A DNA stretch of 64,000 nt from assembly GCF_009914755.1 (NCBI RefSeq), contig NC_060926.1; one strand, written 5' to 3'. The position numbers were made by a program, and so were the translations under genes. Numbering within the stretch: position 1 is the first letter of the stretch; each line of letters starts with the position of its first letter. Shown piece by piece: positions 58,540 to 64,000 of this stretch. The notes beneath the pieces are model-generated. The model did not search any database. It was not told the DNA's origin and saw nothing but the letters and a program-made list of their open reading frames with translations. This stretch comes from the human T2T-CHM13v2.0 reference genome, Homo sapiens.

Positions 58540-60214
58540 TTTAGACTGAATATCAGTATTTCTCCACTACCTTTAGGCTACTTCAATCCAACTTCATGGG
58601 ATTTTTTTTTTTAATTAATGAAATTTGACAGTCAAGAGTCACTTTTTACTGACAGAAAAAGAGAAGTTAGAGAGGGAAGAGTGATTTCTGTGCTTGTGGA
58701 TACAGACATTCTACAGTCTGGCTGAAGCTTATTTTCTTCACTTATTTTTCCTTCACTAGTCATTTTCTCCTTTCAAATAATTACAAAAACAAACAAGTCA
58801 TTCAGTTCCAGCTCAACTCAAATTTTTATGTAATAAAAAAGATGGAATTATATGTTGAAGTCTCCTCACTGGTCTTGAAAAAGCAAACAGGATCTCTCTA
58901 GGAAATTTAGCCGTCAGCTTTACATTTTTATAGCTGCAAAGATACTGGTATAATCTCTTTGGTATTATCCAAGTAAGAACCATCGAGCTGAGTAATCTAC
59001 AAGATTTAATTAAAAACATATTATGTCCCACTGGGACTTTTTTCCACATCACAGAGGTAAGCCTTGTAGAATGCAGAGCATTTAGTAAAATTTTGGTTCA
59101 ATGTTAACATCACAGTCTGTGAACCATTTTGCAAGATTTGGTCCAGACAACAATGATAATAAAGAAGACCTTCCATTTGTAATTTAACAAAGTACAAGAA
59201 ATAATTACCACTAAATTGTTGTCTCAAATAAAGTACATATAAATACTGTTCAATATATTTATTATTACATGCATAGTGCTTCAGGAACAACACTTACACG
59301 AACTTAACATCTTAACATCTGAGACACTATATAAAATTGCTAAAAATCATTGAACACTGGCGAATGTATGTCCACCCACACACACCCCCAACAGAATGAT
59401 GTTCAATATTGAACAAGTGTCATATTATACAATACCATTTACCCATACTAGTTGAGAGAAGCAGAGATCATTCAAAAGAGACTAGCCAAAGCCTTTATAC
59501 TTAATTGTAAGGTTACTGTAAGAATTTTCCCCATAGAACTACTTTTCTTGAAATATTCTATTTAGTTTCAAAGAGGAAAATTTTTCAGACATTAATTTGA
59601 TTTCACCTGTATTTCTAGTCATTCATATAACTTTCTCTCTCAAAAAAAAAACCCTTAATTTTTTTATGTCAATGTTGTTCAGTAGGTGTTATTAATCCTT
59701 AATGTGTTAATGATCTTCCTTAGGATAATGTTCCCAACTCTTCATAAGAAGAAGAGTCAGTTCTCCAATTACCAAAATTAATTCTTAGTATGCAACACAT
59801 TCTTAAGTCAGTTGATTTGAACTTGGAAATAATGTCCCCAGAGGAACAATCTTGTAAGTGGTGGTTTTGATCCCAGCCCAGATTATACAACCAACAGAAC
59901 GAAATTCACCACAGCATCCTTCCACCATGTGTGTGGTGCTTTTTAGTAGTTAAGCACATCCATTCCTCCAGGTAGGGGATAGAAACGCAGTTGTCCCAGC
60001 TCCACAGTGAGAGCAGATAATTTCTGCTCTGGTCACAGTAGCTCAGAGTGGGGATCCAAGGATGTCCAGGGGCAGGCTGCTCTCCTGGGAGCTGTCCCCA
60101 TGAAGGAGCTCCTTGCTGGGAGCAGAGGGAGCCTCAACCAAAGGCTTCCCAGCTGCTTCTGCTCTGCTCCCCTTAAAGAAGGCTCTCCAAGCAGCAGCCC
60201 AGGAGAGTCTTTAC

Positions 60215-60700
60215 AATGAAAACTAGATCTTGTGGCTTTTCATATCAAAACTCTCCAAGGTTTCCCATCACACTTTGAAAAAAAATTCTAAGTCCTTACC
60301 CAGACCTGCATGATCTGGCCCCTGGCTGCTTCTCTGGTCCATTCCCAGCCAGTCTACCCCACCTCCCCACCCCACTCACTCTGCTCCAGCCACTTTGGCC
60401 TCCCTGTAATTTTTCAAACATTTCAAGCATGTGCCTACTTCAAATCCTCTGCCCCTGCTGATTTCTCTATCTGGAAAGCCCTCCTCTAAGAGGAGACATG
60501 GCTGGCTTCCTCACTTAATCTCCATCTCTGCTCTAATGCAACCTTCTTAGAGGAAGAGGTCTTCTCTGGTGGCTACAAAATAGCACTCCAGACACAATCA
60601 ATTGCCCCACTTCATTTTTTATCACAGCACTTAATAGTCTCAGACTCATATTATATATTTGCTTATCTTCCTTAGGATAGTGTAAGCCCCATTAGGGCAA
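60215..60700 (+). mobile_element. L2 fragment
   Basis: tcaaaactctccaaggtttccc...catgatctggcccctgg...ctctgctccagccac. Confidence 0.75.
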
Positions 60701-61430
60701 AAAAATTTTTTTACCACTTTATTTTCTTAAACAGTGCATTCCTCATAGTACACGTTTCACTATATGTGTCAAATAGATGAATGAGCAGTTTGGCTTTAAA
60801 AAAAATAAGAAAAAGAAAATGTTCACAAATCACAAGGCTAAAGTTAAAATTGGCTTCTATCACCTCAAAATTTACCAGCCAATCCCAGAGAATGGCGGTT
60901 GGCAATACAATAATTAAATATTTCTCTGAACAAAGAAAAGTCTGGAAAAATAACCAGTGATTTTTTAAATGAGTGTATGGTAACTTTCGTCTTATCACTT
61001 TGTGCCCTGATTGTAACCAGAAATGCAAAATGCTGTCTAAAACCGTACTCTCCCTACTCCTATATATTTTCCAAATTGTGCATATCTATATAGTCTTCCA
61101 AAGCTCTTGGCTCAAATGGCAATTACTTAAAGCTACTGGAATTCCCAGATGCAGCATCTTCACCTTCATCACACTGCAGCCTTTAAGGCTTAGAGAGACA
61201 CATTATACTCAACAGGAGTGAGGACTGCTAATGGTGGAATGACAGAATGTTAAACCTGAGACACCTAAGAAACTATTTAATCAGCCGCCTAAATTTATAT
61301 GTAAACAGATCAAGACCCAAAAACAAGAAGCCACTGATGAACATTTACTATTTTATTAAACACTTTCATAAAAAGGTTTTGTTTATAAGGGATTATTTAC
61401 CATTTTCCCTGTTTTTGTTGATTTACAAGG

Positions 61431-61790
61431 GTCTTAGTTTCATGCTGCTATAACAGAGTATCACAGACTGAGTAATTTATAAGGAAGAGAAATTTATTTC
61501 TCACAGTTCTGGAGGTAGGGAAGTCTAAGATCAGGGCACCAGCATCTGATGAGGTATTTCTTACTGTGTCACCCGGGCTGAAGGGCAAAGAGAAGGCAAG
61601 AGAGAGCAAGAGGGGCTGAACTCATCCTTTTATAAGGAATCCACTCATGTGAGAATGGCATTAATCCATTCATGAGTGCAGAGACCCCATGATCCTAACA
61701 CCATCCATTACGTCCCACCTCCTAACACCATTGAATTTGTGATCAAGTTTCTTACTCATCAACTTGCAGACACATTCAAACCATAGTAAC
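61431..61790 (-). mobile_element. MST/MLT1A-type solo LTR
   Basis: gtcttagtttcatgctgctataacagag...cacattcaaaccatagta. Confidence 0.85.
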
Positions 61791-61858
61791 AAACATAAAC
61801 TTGTTTTGTTTATTTTCCAGTTGTTTCTTTAATGAACAGCTCTTTAGAACCTGTTGTA

Positions 61859-62203
<345 letters not shown>

Positions 62204-62315
62204 TCAGTTCCTCTCCAGACATACACAACTCTAAATCACTAACTTTTTCCACATCTTGAGGCTAAGTCCTTGGATGGAGCTGAAACTGTCCTCAGATACA
62301 GAATGACTTCGTAGC

Positions 62316-62513
62316 TCTTAGTTAGTTTCATGCTGCTATAACAGAATAACAGAGTAATTTATAATGAAGAGAAATTTCTGAACAAAGAAAAGTGCCCTGA
62401 TTATAACCAGAAATGCAAAAATGCTGTCTACAACTGCATTCTCTCTACCCCTACATATTTTCCAAACTGTGCATATCTACGTAGTCTTCCAAAGCTCTTG
62501 GCTCAAATGGCAA
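62316..62513 (+). repeat. Composite direct duplication of 61432-61495 plus 60925-61122 (with internal deletion)
   Basis: Direct alignment; the ORF track shows duplicated peptides at 60973 and 62421. Confidence 0.9.
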
Positions 62514-62523
62514 GGTTCAGATT

Positions 62524-62613
62524 GGAAAATTGCCTCTGACCCTAGACTTGTTAACTGGGGAATAGACAGGAAAATAACCTCTGACCCTAGCCTGGTTAAC
62601 AGGGGAATAGACT
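62524..62613. repeat. 45-bp tandem duplication
   Basis: ggaaaattgcctctgaccctagacttgttaactggggaatagaca / ggaaaataacctctgaccctagcctggttaacaggggaatagact. Confidence 0.9.
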
Positions 62614-62723
62614 AGCCCTCTCCACAGTAAATGGTTTGTGGATAAATACATGACCCAATTAACACTAATTGCAGGACTCAGAAGTCCAACTCACAAGAGT
62701 CAACAGGAGAGGAAAATTCAGTG

Positions 62724-62742
62724 GGCCACCAGGGGGAAGCCT
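62724..62742 (+). promoter_or_regulatory. Possible CTCF-like motif
   Basis: ggccaccagggggaagc resembles the CTCF core CCACCAGGGGGCGC but lacks the conserved C after the G-run. Confidence 0.25.
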
Positions 62743-64000
62743 ACTTAAAAAGTTAGCCAACACAATTAAAAGCAGAGACAAGAGATGGAATGAACTATCC
62801 AGCTATGTCTACACCTTGATTTTTATGTTACTTGGGTCAATACACTGAGTTGAGTTTTCTGTCACATGGCACCAAAAGTATATGAACTAAGAAATAACTG
62901 CAAAGTGTTGTATGAATTTACAGAAGAAAAACAAATACAGGGTTATAATATAGTATTTGAACACACAACAATAGAGCTTTCCACATTGACTTGCCTTCAA
63001 TAAAGACGACCAGCCTTCTAAAACTGGAAGCAGTATAAATATATAGTTAGAAAGTTTCTTGGCTCTGGTTTAAAGCAAGGGATCTACTGCCTGAGTTTTA
63101 ATCATCTGCATTTCTTCTTCTATCCCAGTCTCTAAGAGAAATAAATGCCAGTAAATTGTTCTAGAAAGAAAAAACTTTGTGAATCAAATTTCTATTTTTA
63201 CTGGCTTATAAAAAAGTTCTTAATATAAAAAGATACTATAATTCTTTAAAACTGCAGCTGCAAAAAAATTAAGGTCAATTGGAAGATTTGTTTTTATTCT
63301 TAAGGCAAATAAATAGATGACTGTAACAACTGAATACATAACTATCCACAGTTCCTGTGGCCTACAAATGTAGCTACAGAAAAGATGCTGTCCAGCATAG
63401 CAGCTTTCAGCTGGGCAGAGTAATAGTGCCCAGCCAGAAAAGCTCAATTTTCCCTTCTCTGTGTGAGATCACTCACCTAATAGAGCTGGAAATAATAATA
63501 ACTAGCAAAACAAAATGGTACACTGAGATAAGCGCTTTCCAATTTGAACCCTGTTTAAAAGGGAGGATATAGTAAAAATCCTTTTTTAGCAACACTTTTT
63601 CCCATCCCAAAGAGCTTTAGAAGGTTTAATGTGCTCTCAGTTTTCTCTGGAGGGCCACAATCCATGAGTCATTTGGCTAAGTAATCTGCGTTCCAGACTT
63701 TTCTTTACTCAGAAGAATGTTTAGTTATTGTATGGCCAACTACTTCTATTTAGCTAACTTAGCCTTTACTACCAGGCATTGGCGGGGAAATTGAATTCAA
63801 GCATTTATTTGAAGGAGGTAGAGTCACAGTTGTTATGATTATCCATGGCTGTGTCTATATAGAAACAAAAGTTCTGCTTGTAAACATTAATGTAGAAAAT
63901 TAAATCAACCCAAAGATTTCGGGAGAAAAAAAATACTCTTACTTTTTTAAGTAAGTAAATTGATACCAATGTATTTTTACTATGAATTAGATGGAAAGCT

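Noticed and set aside
57850-58540. Regularly repeated units that look like an array
   Set aside because: Intrinsic U3 and U5 tandem repeats of LTR12, not CRISPR or a new repeat
58813-59000. Possible minus-strand terminal coding exon after tcttgtag
   Set aside because: None of the three frames matches a protein I recognise and no linked upstream coding exons were found

Overview
Primate (human-like) genomic DNA: AT-rich, rich in repeats (Alu J/S/Y, FLAM/FRAM, L1, L2, CR1/L3, MIR, MaLR and ERV1 LTRs, hAT and Tigger DNA transposons). I cannot support an intact protein-coding gene, and nearly all listed ORFs are repeat-derived or spurious. The standout feature is one retrotransposed insertion at 1678-3440, bounded by the target-site duplication (TSD) AAAGAATATTACA inside a MER21 LTR. 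It fuses a full-length Alu, a copy of ARHGAP17-like exon 1 (MKKQFN.MKQ.AN.T.G) and ERV1 env/3'UTR sequence ending in a MER51-type LTR polyadenylated at its own poly(A) site. It records both a reverse-transcriptase template switch and an ancestral ARHGAP17-exon1-to-ERV transcript, and it keeps a 55-aa ORF. Also seen: four locally templated duplications (two inverted, two direct), an AluJ with an apparent 3' transduction, an L1 with both ends but missing most of ORF2, a solo LTR12, and candidate non-coding exons beside long U-rich tracts. Subfamily names come from recalled consensus sequences and need RepeatMasker confirmation.
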